Positions 33,676-36,249 of a stretch of 36,249 nt of DNA are shown here, piece by piece. The notes under the pieces were generated by a model. The model ran no database searches. It saw only the letters and a list, made by a program, of their open reading frames with translations, and was not told the origin of the DNA. A program made the position numbers and the translations under genes. Numbering within the stretch: the stretch's first letter is position 1; each line of letters starts with the position of its first letter. Source of the DNA: Mesotaenium endlicherianum (lineage: Eukaryota). The stretch is from assembly GCA_009602735.1 (NCBI GenBank), contig WELA01002286.1:166409-202657 (forward strand), read 5' to 3'.

Positions 33676-36249
33676 TGTCATGATTTATTGAGTTGAGGTT
33701 GCCACACGAAACCGAGCTCCACATGTGTGAAACATCAACCTAGGAAGGCCAACTTTGCATAGACTTTACGCATCCATACGTTGACCTTTTCTCAGTTTCC
33801 AAGTCATTAAAGTGTAGCGCGTTGAGTCACCTTCCGAATGGCACTAGGTTCGCGTCATTTGGTCAAGTATCGAGCGAGATATGAGCGATCTAGTCCGCGT
33901 CACCTACCGGCCCCTAACGGATCCTCACCAAAGGGCAATTTGTCTTTCAATGTGCACAAGGGACACATTCTTGCCTATTCGTGACCCCCTAAAACCCCTA
34001 GCTTGTGCGCACAAATCCGCGAGCCCCTTAAGCCTACATAAGCTTTGCATAGTATATGTGCATCATTGAGGCTATAACTTGGTGACTGCATCACCTACTC
34101 CTAGAGGAAGCTTCCTCAATTTTCAGATCCACTTTTGAGGCGCTATCTAGGTAGAATCACCCAAGGTAAGCTCGGCCAATGAGGGACACGTAGCATATTC
34201 TACGCACCTTGCTTTGATTGGTTTGAGTTATGCTTAGCCTATAGGTGTGCTAGTACATGTTTTGTACACATTAGTGGACACAGAAGAGCCTCCTAGAGTG
34301 ACTACATGCATTGGATCCGCCGCATACCCGTCCGGATTTCCAGGAGTATAAGTATTAGAGATGTCCCTAGAAGAGACATCTTCTAGAAGTCCATTACGCC
34401 AGGTGTAAGTAACAGAGATTTTCAGTAAAGTTTACACTTTTATCTCTTGTGTTTTCAGGACCACTGAGTAACTCTCTTGTGAAGAGCAAGCCCTCCAGGC
34501 TTCCAGTCATTTGAAGAACTTCCCAAGTGGTGAGCAAAGTCACAGCTTAAGCCCTTGCCATAGGACTACTCTGAAGATCATGATGTGCTTCCAGTGATCT
34601 TTTGAGCCATACTTCATTAGTTATTTTCCTACAAGATTACAGTCTTGAGGTGCTCACTCTGGAGAGTACACATCCCTTACTTCTAAAAGATCTCTCTTTG
34701 CTTGCAAGCAATCAGAACCTTCAGCGTATGCCTACCCGTAGTGGGCATTCTTATCAGCCATACTACGAAGGGGTTAGTGGAGAAGACTCAGACTCAGATC
34801 TCAGCACTGTCACTGAACCCGCCGAGGAAGAGCAACCTGCTCTCCGGCACACAGCCGTTGCTTCTGAGCCATCTCCCCAGTGGGCTCACTACGATTTCTG
34901 GTATCCCATGGCAGGTGACCACGAGGTCAGGACTGACAGGTCTGCCTACCGCTTCAGCCGTAGGCCAGGCACCTGTAATCTGGAAGATACCATCTCGGAG
35001 TTTCAGGCTGACTTCGCGGCTGCAAAGCTCAAGACCCCCACGTCATCGACACGCTTATGCGCTACCTCTCGCACGAGGCCCGCGACACCTTCCGTGAGAA
35101 GGAGGCCGAGCTCCGGACCCGCACTGAGCTTCTGGGTGACCCACCAGTGGCGACCCTGCTAGCTGATCCAGTGCAAGCCTTCTGGAGCATCCTGAAGACA
35201 GAGTTCCAGGCTGCAACTGAAGAGAAGGTGTACAAGCTGCACCATTTCTTCCGACGCAAGAACGAGACTATCCGCATGATGTATCGCCGCTTGGTGCACC
35301 TCCGCCGCGATGTCGGCACTGTCACTGACCGGGAGGCCGCGGAGATCTTCTTGCGCGCCGTCGAGCCGCGTCTGAGGGAGAGGGCCGTAGTTCCCTTCAT
35401 CGACCGCCATGGTTCAGATTATTCTCTGGAGCAGGCCTACCTCTCCGTTGAGAAACAGAGCTTGGCCGCCGCACGGAGCAACATTAGCGATCGTGTGGGC
35501 TTAGCATCCACGGGCGTGCGCCAGGAGGCCTCAGTGCTGCCGTCGTCTACGACGCGCACGACGCCCGCCCGCCAGCCCCAGTCGCAGCAGCAGCAGCCTC
35601 AGCGCTCTCAGGTGCCCCAGCAGACGCAGCAACGCGGAGCTACGCGTGGCCGCATTTCCATGGCTGCCACTACGAGCGATCCCTGCTGGTCCTGCGGGAA
35701 GACGCGCCACTCACACCAAAACTGCACTGTTGCGCAGAATGGCAAGCTCGCGACTGCACTTATTGTGGCAAGGCCGGCCACCTGCAGATCGTCTATCTGC
35801 AGAAGAAGCGCGACGTTGACAATGGACGCGCTCGCGACGGCCCTACGCCTTCAACACAGCGAGGCGCACGTCGTACGGGTGGCCGCCATGCGATGACAAC
35901 ACCTACAGCCACGACGTACGCCGCATTGATGCCTGAAGCCGACTACTGCAGCTTTGACGACGTCAGCGACGCCCTCGTGGAGGCCAACGCGGAGATTGCT
36001 AGACTCCATGGCCTCGTCGACATCGATAACTATGACGCGTGCGGAGCACTCCTCGCGTCCGCTCCACCGCCCTACGCCACGGCACTGACTGCTGGCGCAC
36101 GCACAGCTTCAGCGCACACATCGGGCTCAGCGGCAGCGCCGCAACCCCGCGCACGTCCGCGTAACGACGTAGCGCTTGCTGCCAGAGCCGCAGGCGCCCG
36201 CACAGGCTGCTCTGCTAGCCCTGTGCGCACCGCTCTGACAGCTGTCAGC
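33676..36249 (+). mobile_element. Second copy of the DNMT-family element: repeat A3 (33676-34678), self-priming site (34679-34698), frameshifted gag from 34728; runs off the window end
   Basis: Colinear with 19240-21617. Has a 16-nt deletion near 35042 and a 1-nt deletion near 35748 relative to copy 1. Confidence 0.92.

Noticed and set aside
36236..36247. Palindrome TGACAGCTGTCA resembling the att junction (GACAGCTGTC also occurs at ~18701)
   Set aside because: Flanking bases match neither A nor B, so it is probably chance; the window ends before it can be fully judged.
1..36249. CRISPR arrays, tRNA/rRNA genes, or a bacterial restriction-modification reading of the methyltransferase
   Set aside because: None seen. 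The context is eukaryotic and the MTase is in frame with a retrotransposon pol.

Overview
Eukaryotic, repeat-dense window: a nest of decayed Ty3/Gypsy LTR retrotransposons plus a few exons of a probable TFIIH p62/TFB1 gene fragment. Intron style and domain content suggest a green or streptophyte alga (inference). The standout is an ~11.9 kb GC-rich Gypsy-type element at 19240-31144, with a second copy starting at 33676. Its polyprotein runs Gag(2xCCHC) - protease remnant - DNMT3-like C5 cytosine methyltransferase - RT - RNase H - DDE integrase - PHD finger. Its repeats are not ordinary LTRs but split direct repeats, A-ORF-B-A-B. There is no tRNA PBS; that position instead holds a 20-nt sequence complementary to the predicted transcript 5' end (Tf1-like self-priming). 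The PPT precedes B, the TG...CA integrase ends sit abutted internally as CACGACA-gc-TGTCATG, and a probable 4-bp TSD flanks the element. Together these suggest a DDE integrase inserting a two-LTR circle opened at an internal att junction, an architecture I otherwise know only from tyrosine-recombinase retroelements. All calls were made by eye; no searches were run.
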